A stretch of 64,000 nucleotides of DNA from positions 11,627-75,626 of the forward strand of contig CAILTG010000021.1 in NCBI GenBank assembly GCA_903837125.1, given 5' to 3'. Under the pieces are notes generated by a model that was not told the DNA's origin, made no database searches, and saw nothing but the letters and a program-made list of their open reading frames with translations. Origin of the DNA: Candidatus Magasanikiibacteriota bacterium. GTDB lineage: Bacteria; Patescibacteriota; Patescibacteriia; Magasanikbacterales; UBA922. The number at the start of each line of letters is the position of its first letter. Positions within the stretch are counted from its first letter, which is position 1. The translations under genes were made by a program, and so were the position numbers. Below, in pieces: positions 39,636-49,300 of this stretch.

Positions 39636-39744
39636 AATATTTTCTTTTTGTATATTAGTGACAGTATTATAGCGCAAAATGATTACAAGTTCAATTACCA
39701 GATAACAAATAACAAACTGTGTAATAGATCAAAAAATTATCCTC

Positions 39745-39773
39745 TTGACAAAATGGCTAAAATGGACTAAAAT
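39745..39773 (+). promoter_or_regulatory. Sigma70 promoter of the GC-rich gene
   Basis: TTGACA-17 nt-TAAAAT; contains an aaaatg(g/t) unit repeated three times; AGGAG Shine-Dalgarno before ATG 39826. Confidence 0.7.
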
Positions 39774-39825
39774 GTACTGTTATCAGTACACTGTGTGCTG
39801 GTAAATCCACCTGATAGGAGAGACC

Positions 39826-40320
39826 ATGGTTGTCTTTAACGCGTTGGTTCTGATCATCGTGTTTCTCTTTACCGTCATGGGCGGCTACTGGCTCGTGGTC
39901 AAGGGGATCATGGGCTACCCCACAGCTGCCATCGCCATCGGGGTCGCGCTGATCCTGTTCTGGGGCATTCGGCGTCTCGTGCGCCGGTTCCCCTGGTGGG
40001 CCGTGAACATTCAGTTCCTGCGGCACACGGCGGATACCAAACGGTACCGAATCGAGGCAGTCACGACCACCAAAAGACGTGGCTACTATGTCATGATGGT
40101 CGTCCTGAAACGAGAAAGCGATTCCCGGCGGATCAAGGTACGCTGGAACTCGTTGCCCTCGGCCGAAACGGTGGGAGGCCCCAAAAGGGCCGAACTCCGG
40201 GAGGGTGGATCGTTCACCCTCAAATTCGACGAGACGAAGATGATCAAAGGGCTGTTCGGTAGGCCCATCGGTTACCGAGTGGTCATGAGCGACTACTACG
40301 AACCGCCGGCGGCCGTCTGA
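39826..40320 (+). CDS. Hypothetical membrane protein (2 TM + basic beta-rich domain), compositionally foreign
   Basis: Two hydrophobic helices, GC-rich third codon positions, promoter and SD upstream. Confidence 0.7.
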   Translation: MVVFNALVLIIVFLFTVMGGYWLVVKGIMGYPTAAIAIGVALILFWGIRRLVRRFPWWAVNIQFLRHTADTKRYRIEAVTTTKRRGYYVMMVVLKRESDSRRIKVRWNSLPSAETVGGPKRAELREGGSFTLKFDETKMIKGLFGRPIGYRVVMSDYYEPPAAV

Positions 40321-40544
40321 TCCCACCTCCAATGAAAAGCCTCCCCCGTCTCCTCTTCATGGCGGACAAAGGCTAGAGAGGATCCTCATCCTCTCCGTGT
40401 CTCAGCGAGCTCTGAGCCATGTATTCTTACCCTCGTTCTTTTCCATCGTTCTTTTCCTGAGGTCTCAAATGACTCAGGGACCGCCACTCGCAATGAGCTG
40501 ACGGAGTTCCCCTTTGACTTTTAACATTTAGAAATCAGAGGCAA

Positions 40545-40577
40545 AAAAATAATCCCGACTTTATCGGGATTATTTTT
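40545..40577. terminator. Bidirectional intrinsic terminator between the GC-rich gene and yidC
   Basis: aaaaataatcccga-cttta-tcgggattattttt perfect 14-bp stem. Confidence 0.85.
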
Positions 40578-40640
40578 ATTTTCTGTTAATTTCTGTCTAA
40601 TATGTTTTTTCGTCTTAATCTTAGTCTTAGTCTTTCAATC

Positions 40641-41414
40641 TTATTTCACAATCTCCCCTTCAATTATTTTACTATCACTTGAACTTCCACTTGTTGGAGG
40701 CTGACCTAACCCATGTTTCTTAAACACCACCAATTGTTGTAAAGCAGTTAGGAGCGTGGACAAAAACCAATATAAAGTTAAACCAGCAGGCAATTGAAAA
40801 CCGATTATTACCGTCATGAATGGCATAAAATACAGCATCTGTTTATTCATACTGGCCATCATGCTTTCATCTTTAGCCCCCGGACCGGCGTTCTTTGGCG
40901 GCTGTCTGCGAGTCATCATTCTAGTTTGCCAAAACTGCGCGCCACCAGCCAAAACTGCCAAAATAATACTGGTCTTGCCTAATTCAATAAACCCTAAACT
41001 AATAGTTTTAATAGTACCAGGATTTTTTACAAACGAATAAAGCAATTCAAAACTTTTGGAAGCCAAACCTTGACGCAAAACATAATATAAAGCAATTAAA
41101 ATTGGTAATTGAATTAAGAGTGGCAAACAAGAAGCAAAAGGATTAACTTTATTTTCTTTATAAATTTTCATGGTTTCCTGAGCAATCGCCTGTTTGTCAT
41201 CTTTAAACTTTACTTTTAAAGCTTCTAATTTTGGTTGTAGATCAGTTAAAGCTTTCTGTGATTTAATGGAAGAAGCAGTTAACGGATACAAAATTAATTT
41301 AATCAAAACCGTGATAATCAAAATCACAATTCCCACATCGGGAATTAAATTATACAAAGCCACAAAAGCATTAAAGATTGGTTGGTAAAGAATGATTTGA
41401 AAAAGATGAGACAT
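40641..41414 (-). CDS. yidC: Membrane protein insertase YidC/Oxa1
   Basis: LQPKL..LK.KFKDD, YKENKVNP..SCLPLLIQLPI, PAGL.LYW. Confidence 0.93.
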   Translation of the reverse strand: MSHLFQIILYQPIFNAFVALYNLIPDVGIVILIITVLIKLILYPLTASSIKSQKALTDLQPKLEALKVKFKDDKQAIAQETMKIYKENKVNPFASCLPLLIQLPILIALYYVLRQGLASKSFELLYSFVKNPGTIKTISLGFIELGKTSIILAVLAGGAQFWQTRMMTRRQPPKNAGPGAKDESMMASMNKQMLYFMPFMTVIIGFQLPAGLTLYWFLSTLLTALQQLVVFKKHGLGQPPTSGSSSDSKIIEGEIVK

Positions 41415-41586
41415 AATATTAAAGGCTTAAAAGGCCTGAAAAGCTTAAAATGCTTAATGGCCAAAACTAAATAAGTTAGTAAAGTATAACAAGTAATAAC
41501 TAATTAATCAAGATACAAAACCGCCCCATAATTTGGAACGGTTTTTTGATCTTCTAATATTTCAATCTCAGTCTTAGTCTTAATTT

Positions 41587-42840
41587 TTACTCTTCTTTCT
41601 TCTCCTCAACCTTCTCTTCAACAATTTCCTCTGTTTTTTCCTCACTCAACTTCTCTTCAACAACTTTTTCCTCATCTTCCGAACTTACAATTTTATCGGT
41701 ATTACCATCTTCCACCACATTAATTTTCCAACCAGTCAAAGTGGCAGCCAAACGCACATTGGCACCACCGCGGCCAATGGCCAAAGAAAATTGGTCAGAA
41801 GCCACTTTAGCTTCGGCCTCTTGAGTTTTTTTATTTAATTCAATTGATTTAACTTTGGCAGGAGACAAAGCGGCTTTGATATAATCCTCGGTCTTTTCAT
41901 TAAATTGAATAATATCAATTTTTTCTCCGCCCAATTCTTCAATAATGGTATTGATACGACTGCCGCGCTGACCAATACAAGAACCAATTGGATCAATGGC
42001 TTCATCAGCAGTGAAAACTGCCACTTTGGAACGATTGCCAGGATCCCGGGCAATACCTTTAATTTCTACTGATCCAGAAGCGATCTCGGGAATTTCCTGA
42101 GCAAAAACAGCCTTTACCAAGTCCTCACTAGAACGAGATAAAATAATTTCCAAACCCTTCATGCCCATTTCCACTTTTTTAATTAAAAAATGTAAACGCA
42201 AACCTGGACGATATTGTTCGCGAAAAATCTGTTCAGTTTGTGGAAGTATTCCCGTAACTTTTCCCAAATCAATAATCACTGCGCCAATTTTATCACGACG
42301 TTGCACAATACCATGAATCATTCTGCCCTCTTGACCTTTTAATTCGTCATAGGCAGAATTTCTTTCGGCTTCGCGCAAACGCTGAATAATTACCTGTTTG
42401 GCGGTTTGAGCAGCCATGCGGCCAAAATCTCCACCAATTTCTAAAGGAATTTCCAAAATTTCGCCCACTTTTACTTTCTTTTTAATTTCTCTGGCTGGAG
42501 TCAACATTAATTGAGTTTTGGGATTAAAACGCGCCAAATCAGCTGTTTCTTCTTCAGTTAATTCCCGACCCTCAGCCTGAGCCTTTTCTCGGCGAACAGA
42601 CAATTCTTCTTGATCCTTTTCCAACTTTTCTGGATCAATATCTTCTACTATTTCTTTAATATCCCAAGCTTTCATATCAGCAGTCTCAGGATCAAATTTT
42701 ACTTTAATATTTTGTTGTTTATTGCCAAAATCCTTACGAAAAGCAGCACCCAAGGCTGCTTCAATAGATTCCAACACTGCCTCATAAGATAAACCTTTCT
42801 CATCACAGATGAGCTGAATTGCTTTGGTAATTTCAGACAT
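41587..42840 (-). CDS. nusA: Transcription termination/antitermination factor NusA
   Basis: FGRMAAQTAKQVIIQ, S1 domain, ARDPGNRSKVAV, DPIGSCIG.RGSR, SLAIGRGG.NVRLA..LTGWKI. Confidence 0.97.
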   Translation of the reverse strand: MSEITKAIQLICDEKGLSYEAVLESIEAALGAAFRKDFGNKQQNIKVKFDPETADMKAWDIKEIVEDIDPEKLEKDQEELSVRREKAQAEGRELTEEETADLARFNPKTQLMLTPAREIKKKVKVGEILEIPLEIGGDFGRMAAQTAKQVIIQRLREAERNSAYDELKGQEGRMIHGIVQRRDKIGAVIIDLGKVTGILPQTEQIFREQYRPGLRLHFLIKKVEMGMKGLEIILSRSSEDLVKAVFAQEIPEIASGSVEIKGIARDPGNRSKVAVFTADEAIDPIGSCIGQRGSRINTIIEELGGEKIDIIQFNEKTEDYIKAALSPAKVKSIELNKKTQEAEAKVASDQFSLAIGRGGANVRLAATLTGWKINVVEDGNTDKIVSSEDEEKVVEEKLSEEKTEEIVEEKVEEKKEE

Positions 42841-42897
42841 ATAGCATCGATTAAAAAATAAAAAAGCAGCATTTGTATAATGCTACTCTGTGTCAAG

Positions 42898-42926
42898 AGT
42901 ATAACATAAAAATAAATACCTGTCAA
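42898..42926 (-). promoter_or_regulatory. Sigma70 promoter of nusA
   Basis: TTGACA-17 nt-TATACT with TG extension. Confidence 0.7.
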
Positions 42927-42978
42927 ACATCAAAAAATTTAGTTAAAAATTATTACAAACTTATAAAATAAATAATTA

Positions 42979-43010
42979 AAAAACAACCAATTCATAAATT
43001 GGTTGTTTTT
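42979..43010 (-). terminator. Intrinsic terminator
   Basis: aaaaacaaccaatt-cata-aattggttgttttt perfect inverted repeat. Confidence 0.75.
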
Positions 43011-43051
43011 GTTAAATGTAAAACCGTTTAGTTAAAACAGGTGGAGAAAAT

Positions 43052-44101
43052 TTATTTGATTATTGCAGTTCCACCTATCACTGGGAATGTAGTATAACCT
43101 ACATCAACTTTACCACCGGTTTTTAAATTTGAAGCATTAACGCTTTCTTTATCTTTAATCATAGTTGTGAAAGTACCAAAAGAACCACTACCACTAAAAT
43201 TTAATTTAGCATAAGCAGAAAGTATTTTGCCCGTAAGTAAATAATTGATTTGTTTAAAATCAACTCTGATAGTAGTTGTGGTTATTGGCACTACAACTCC
43301 TGAAGCAATCTTTACTGCATTGTCATCTGTTAAATACCAGTCAGTCATAGCCACATTTCCATAATTAACAGTTATTGACAAATCATTCAGCTGTACTTCA
43401 TTACCTGCAGGCACCGAGGCAAAGGAATAAGCACTCACTCTATTTACGCCATTTGACAATTTAAAACCATCTGGGTAATTATTGTTTATCATTAAACTAA
43501 CTGCCGAGGGAGTTTCCTTCAAGCACGCGCCATTTTGACAGCCATTCTGACAAGTAATAAATTCAGTTTTGCCAATGTTATTTTCACAATATTGTTCTAT
43601 CAAAACTGAGTTATTTCCTGTCTGACAAGAATCTGTCGCTGTATATCCATAATTAGGACCCTTACTAAATACAACTGTACCCTGCACATTATTATTTCTT
43701 CCACCATCAGAATCAGTACATTTGGCTTCTTCACAAGGCTTCCAGCTTATAACATAAGATATTGGCGTTTGAAGGCTAGAAGAAGTTACCTGAAAAGTCC
43801 GAGCCGCTGGTTTACAAACATATGTATAGTTTAACAAACCATGGCCAGCGTCATTACAGCCATTAATTAATCTAAATGACACACCTCTATTTATTCCCGT
43901 AACCGAAACATTCACACCATCAGCCATTTGTTGACACGTCTGCACAGCTACATCATTGGAACCGGTACTTGAATTAGGGATCATATTATTCAATGGTACT
44001 GTCGCCAAAGCCACTGCCCCAGCCCCCATCATTGCCATGGTGGCAATAAATAATTTTGTTCCGCTCACTGCTTTGGTGGCGGTAGAAGTTAGTGTATCCA
44101 T
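43052..44101 (-). CDS. Secreted/surface Cys-rich hypothetical protein
   Basis: N-terminal hydrophobic helix, CxDAGHG module, CTDSDGG...G...D.C...EQYC...C.NGC.NGAC disulfide repeat, beta-rich C-terminus. Confidence 0.65.
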   Translation of the reverse strand: MDTLTSTATKAVSGTKLFIATMAMMGAGAVALATVPLNNMIPNSSTGSNDVAVQTCQQMADGVNVSVTGINRGVSFRLINGCNDAGHGLLNYTYVCKPAARTFQVTSSSLQTPISYVISWKPCEEAKCTDSDGGRNNNVQGTVVFSKGPNYGYTATDSCQTGNNSVLIEQYCENNIGKTEFITCQNGCQNGACLKETPSAVSLMINNNYPDGFKLSNGVNRVSAYSFASVPAGNEVQLNDLSITVNYGNVAMTDWYLTDDNAVKIASGVVVPITTTTIRVDFKQINYLLTGKILSAYAKLNFSGSGSFGTFTTMIKDKESVNASNLKTGGKVDVGYTTFPVIGGTAIIK

Positions 44102-44183
44102 ATTGATTAATTTTAAATTTAAAATTTTTAATTATGTTTATAATTGTCCATCGACCAAAAGGACAAAAAAATTATTTATTAAA

Positions 44184-45200
44184 TTAATTTATTTCTTCTT
44201 TTTTCATATTCACCCACTCAGCCACTACTTCTTTAACATGATCAACATCAACCACCGGTATTTCTCCCTGACAATTTACACAAGCTTTTTTAGCAGCACT
44301 ATGCAAAAGTGCAGCGGCTTGTTCATGTTTGGAACCACGTTCAACATTTACCATAGCCGAAGCCTCATCCATAATATCAATCGCCTTGTCTGGTAATCTT
44401 CTACCTTTAATATACTCTTGTGATAATCTAACCGCAGCTAAAATTGCTTCATCAGTAATTTTTACTTTATGATAATCTTCATAATTTTTCTTAATGCCCT
44501 GCAAAATTTTAACTGATTCTTCTACACTAGGCTCATCTACTAAAACTATTTGAAAACGTCGATCCCAGCTTTCGTCTGGTTGAATATATTGTTCATATTC
44601 TTTTTGTGTAGTGGCACCAATAAGTTGAAGATCTCCGCGTGCTAAGGCTGGTTTTAAAATATCTGACAAATTTACTGCTCCTTCAGTTCCTTTGGTTTGA
44701 GTAATAGTGTGAATTTCATCAATAAATAAAATAATTGTGCGTTTTGAATTTCGGATCTCGGTAATTAATCCTTTTATTCTTTGCTCAAACTCGCCACGAT
44801 ATTTTGTTCCGGCCAAAATTTCTGATACTTGTAAAAGTAAAACTCTTTTATTCAATAAAACTTCCGGCACCTCACCGGTGGCAATGCGACTGGCCAAACC
44901 TTCTACTACTGCCGTCTTCCCCACTCCCGGCTGACCAACCAAAATAACATTATTTTTAGTTCTTCTAGTTAAAATTTGCGTAGCGCGATTGATTTCTTCA
45001 TCACGACCCACCACCGGATCAATGGTTCCTTTTTTAGCTTGAGCAGTAAGATCAACTGCATACATATCTAGATTATGAGTATCTATTGAAGAACCAATAT
45101 TTTTTCTTTTATAAAAATAAAAAACAGCCACCAAAATGACTGCTAAAATAATCCACTTAACGATGGGCAAACCAAGAATCGCGCTGATACCTAAATCCAT
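44184..45200 (-). CDS. Membrane-anchored single-domain ClpA/B-type AAA+ ATPase (NBD1 only)
   Basis: TM helix, then DPVVGRDEEI, RRTKNN, GQPGVGKT, AGTKYRGEFE, LFIDEIH, IGATT..EY, RRFQ, LPDKAID; no NBD2; start placed at ATG 45200. Confidence 0.85.
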   Translation of the reverse strand: MDLGISAILGLPIVKWIILAVILVAVFYFYKRKNIGSSIDTHNLDMYAVDLTAQAKKGTIDPVVGRDEEINRATQILTRRTKNNVILVGQPGVGKTAVVEGLASRIATGEVPEVLLNKRVLLLQVSEILAGTKYRGEFEQRIKGLITEIRNSKRTIILFIDEIHTITQTKGTEGAVNLSDILKPALARGDLQLIGATTQKEYEQYIQPDESWDRRFQIVLVDEPSVEESVKILQGIKKNYEDYHKVKITDEAILAAVRLSQEYIKGRRLPDKAIDIMDEASAMVNVERGSKHEQAAALLHSAAKKACVNCQGEIPVVDVDHVKEVVAEWVNMKKEEIN

Positions 45201-45232
45201 AAAAAACAAGTTTATTTTACCCAACAGGCAGT

Positions 45233-45261
45233 ATTATAGCATAAATTGACCAGTTTGTCAA
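45233..45261 (-). promoter_or_regulatory. Sigma70 consensus promoter of the Clp-like gene
   Basis: TTGACA-17 nt-TATAAT with TG extension. Confidence 0.8.
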
Positions 45262-45276
45262 GTAAAAATTTATAAC

Positions 45277-46293
45277 TTAATATTTAAATATCGGCACCAA
45301 ATGTCCCTCATACTCGCCAATTTTGATACCTTCACTATCTTTACCAACAGCCAACTTCAACATATTTCTAAAATCACTATCCGCGTCACTTAACCTAACA
45401 AACTCTCCATTTTTAATAAATAACGGATCAACATAACGAAATTTAGGCCTTAAAATAATTTCTTTTTCTTTACTGCTAAATTTAAGAATTTTTTTACCAA
45501 GTAAAATTTGAATTTGCTCTTTAAAATTTTCGTCCTGACAAGCATAAATTTTATCCATGATAAATTTATCTGTTTCATTAAAATCATCCCATGTAATTAT
45601 ACCCTTAACAATTGCTTGATTTAATAATTGAGAGAATACCTGATAAGCAATCACATGAAGCGGCAGCCCCCAACAAGCTGTTTGACACTTTAAATAACCT
45701 TTAGCAAATAGTCCCACAGCTTTCTGATTATTAAAAATAATTCCTTGGTCAGTAACTTCTAAACTAGAAACGATTAATGATAGATTTTCTTTACTCTCCC
45801 AATTTTTCATCAACTTCAAAGAATAATCCAACCTATCGGCACAAACATTAGGAATTTTATTTTCTAATAGCTTAAAGGAATCAAAAGACAAAACTTTATT
45901 TATATCATAATTATATTTATTTAAAATTTCAGGAATTTTTGATTCAAACACCATTTGTTTATGTATGGTATCCTGATAGTCTTCAATTGATCCACGATCT
46001 TTCATCCAATCAACTACATGAGAAAAAGCCAAATGTGAAACATCATGAATTAACCCGGCAATTTGTTCTTCTAAGCTGGCGCCTAATTTTCGTAAAATTA
46101 ACATTACTCCTATTGAATGTTCAAACCTATTAAAACCTTTAAACTGGTCAAATTCAACAGGTAACCCATGTTGAGCAATACCTTGTAAACGTTGCAACGG
46201 CTGGCTGGCAATCAATTCTAACAAGACCGGTTCAGTTATTTCAAACTGTCCATAAATTTCGTCAGTTATGATTTTACTATTACTCATAATCAT
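45277..46293 (-). CDS. HD-domain phosphohydrolase (SAMHD1/YdhJ-like)
   Basis: QRL.GI.Q.G, RFEHSIGV, AGLIHDVSH.AFSH..D, CADRLDY. Confidence 0.88.
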   Translation of the reverse strand: MIMSNSKIITDEIYGQFEITEPVLLELIASQPLQRLQGIAQHGLPVEFDQFKGFNRFEHSIGVMLILRKLGASLEEQIAGLIHDVSHLAFSHVVDWMKDRGSIEDYQDTIHKQMVFESKIPEILNKYNYDINKVLSFDSFKLLENKIPNVCADRLDYSLKLMKNWESKENLSLIVSSLEVTDQGIIFNNQKAVGLFAKGYLKCQTACWGLPLHVIAYQVFSQLLNQAIVKGIITWDDFNETDKFIMDKIYACQDENFKEQIQILLGKKILKFSSKEKEIILRPKFRYVDPLFIKNGEFVRLSDADSDFRNMLKLAVGKDSEGIKIGEYEGHLVPIFKY

Positions 46294-46335
46294 TACCTAT
46301 CTTAAACTAAAAACAATACACTTGGCAAGCTTTTA

Positions 46336-46368
46336 AAAAACCACTCCGGCAAAGTCGGAATGGTTTTT
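46336..46368 (-). terminator. Intrinsic terminator of the LamG protein gene
   Basis: aaaaacca-c-tccggc-aaa-gtcgga-a-tggttttt. Confidence 0.7.
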
Positions 46369-46387
46369 AATTTAAGACATTTTATAC

Positions 46388-49300
46388 TTAGCCAACTAAT
46401 AAATTTATATGCTGTAGTTCTAAAGGCAAACCGCCAGCATTTATGACACTACCGCTAGCATTTCCTTCTGCGGAAATATTATTTATTGTTGCAAACATTT
46501 CTGGTACTTGTGCTTCAGATAAAATATCTGCCCGCAGTTCAACAATTACTCTTTGATCTTTATTTAAGACATAATTTAGATTATCTATTACTACATTACT
46601 ACCTGAAAGAGTTATTTGTGAACCAATAGGTTGTCCATCAATAAATAAATTTAAGCCAGAAATATTTTCAAATCCACTAATATTTAAACTTAAATTATTT
46701 ATTTTTACATCCTCAACTTTTGGTTCTAACTCAAATCTTCCTAAAACAATACCAATAGAACCCGTGGCCACACTTGAAATCTCTAAAGGTTGGCCAAGAT
46801 AGACATCTAAAGTCCCCAAATTAGTTGGCACTGTTAAACTAAGATGCTGCAATTCCAATGGCAAACCGCCAGCATTTATGACACTACCACTAGAATTACC
46901 TTCTGCAGAAATATTATTTACAGTCACAAACATTCCTGGTACCTGTGCTTCTGGTAAGATATCTGCCCGCAGTTCAACAATTACTCTTTGATCTTTATTT
47001 AAGACATAATTTAGATTATCTATTACTAGGCTACTCCCTGATAGAAATACTTGTGAACCAATAGGTTGTCCATCAATAAATAAATTTAAGCCAGAAATAT
47101 TTTCAAATCCAGTAATATTTAAACTTAAATTATTTATTTTAATATCTTCAACTTTTGCCTCAAGTTCAAATCTTCCTAATACAACAGCGTTAGAACCAGC
47201 AGCCGTACTTGAAACCGTTAAAGGTTGACCAAGGTAAATATCTAAAGTGCCACTACTGCTCACTGGCGCTAAGGCATTATATTCCGCTGTAATCTCGGCA
47301 TCAGTTAAAACTCGCTTATAAAATTTAATTTCATCCATAGAACCAGAGAAGAAGTAATTATTATTATAACTTCCCACCAGAAGTGGAGAATTATCATTCT
47401 TTACCGCACCGGTTTGTGGCTGTTCACCAACTTTTACACCATTGGCATAAACGCGAATCATACTACCATCATAAGTAAGGACAATGTGATTCCATTGGGA
47501 CGTTTTAATTACGTTAGGTGTGTCAAAAACCACGCGAACATCAGACGCGTTGGTGATGCCGGTACGTAAACTGCCGTCATTGGAAATAGTTAATTCATAG
47601 TTAAGCTCTTTGGTAGCAACTACAGCATATTGATTGGAGAAAGATTCCGGCTTGATCCAAGCTTCCAAGGTTAAGGCTTGACCTGGCTCAAGATATTCAG
47701 AATCATTGGCAGTAATTAAATCATTTGTGCCGTCAAATTGCAGAGCAGTACCAGAAATGCCAAGAACATTCGCAATAGGACATTGATCTCCCGAACATCC
47801 TAGAGGAAATAAAGAAGCTGTATCAAAAAACTTGGTTGAATTAGCCGGCTCATTTAATTTATACTCAAAACTATTAATATCAATTGGAACTGGCTTAGAA
47901 TTATTATATTCTGTAGCAATTTCTTCATCTGTCAAAACACGTTTATAAAATTTAATTTCATCTATTGTGCCAAAGAATGGATAATTGCTATTGTAATTAC
48001 CAACTAATAGAGGCGTATTATCATTTTTTATAGCACCAGTCTGCACTTCCTCACCAACTTTTACGCCATTGACATAAGCCCGGACCATACTGCCATCATA
48101 AGTAAGCACAATGTGATTCCATTGGGACAACGTAACTACATTAGGAGTATCAAAAACTACCCGAGTATCAGCCGCATTGACAATACCTGTACGCAAACTA
48201 CCATCATTAGAAATAGTCAATTCATAATTAAGTCCCTTGCTAGCAACCACAGCATAATGATTAGAACTTGCATAAGGTTTGACCCAAGTTTCCAAAGTTA
48301 GGGCTTGACCCGGTTCAAGATATTCAGAATCATTGGCAGAAATCAGATCATTTGTGCCGTCAAATTGTAATGCAGTACCAGAAATACCAGGAACATTCGC
48401 AGTAGGGCATTGATCTCCCAAACAAGCTAAAGGAAAAATTGAGGCCTGATCAAAAAATTGATTTGATCCAACCGGTTCATTTAATTTATAGATCAATTCA
48501 TTATCAACAACTGGAACCGGTTTCAAATTATTATATTCCGCCATAATCTCAGCACCAGTTAAGGTTTGCTTATAAAATTTAATTTCATCAATTGTGCCAA
48601 AGAATGGATACCTATCATCACCTAAACTACCAACTAACAATGGGGTACTATCATTCTTTATGGCACCGGTCTGTGGCTGTTCACCTACTTTTACACCATT
48701 GACATAAGCGCGAATCATACTACCATCATAAGTAAGTGCTAGATGATTCCATTGGTACATTTTTACTACATTATATGCATCAACAGCCGCACGTATGTTG
48801 GAGGCATTGGTGATACCCGCACGCAAACTACCATCATTAGTAATAGATATTTCATAATTAAACCCTTTAGTAATGACCACGGAATAATAATTGGAACTGG
48901 GCTGAGGTTTAATCCAGGTTTCCAAAGTAATTTGGTCTGTTGCTGAAATAATTTCGTTGTTATTAATATAGGTAAAATTATTTACTCCATTGAATTGTAA
49001 AGCTTTCCCAGAAATACCTATTACACCTGCCTCTGGACAATAACTAGCGCCACAACCCATCACTAAACCAGAAACATTATCAACAAAACTAGTGCTACCA
49101 GATTGCTCTTCGAAACTATAAGCTAAATTAATAACACTTGGAGGAACAACTTTTGAAACATTTACCGGTCCCAACCAATCTCCACTACTAGTTAAATTTC
49201 CATCATTATCAACTACTACGACAAGATAATAATATATTCCAGAAGTAACATTGTCCGTATAAGAAACCATAGCCATATTTGTGGAAGTGTTGATTGGTGA

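Noticed and set aside
39757-40332. 191-aa minus-strand ORF and other overlapping frames in the GC-rich island
   Set aside because: Shadow ORFs of GC-rich DNA; the plus-strand ORF has the promoter, SD and TM pattern.
46391-47251. Diversity-generating retroelement TR/VR pair
   Set aside because: Both copies are in-frame coding domains, differences do not appear adenine-restricted, and no reverse transcriptase is in the window.
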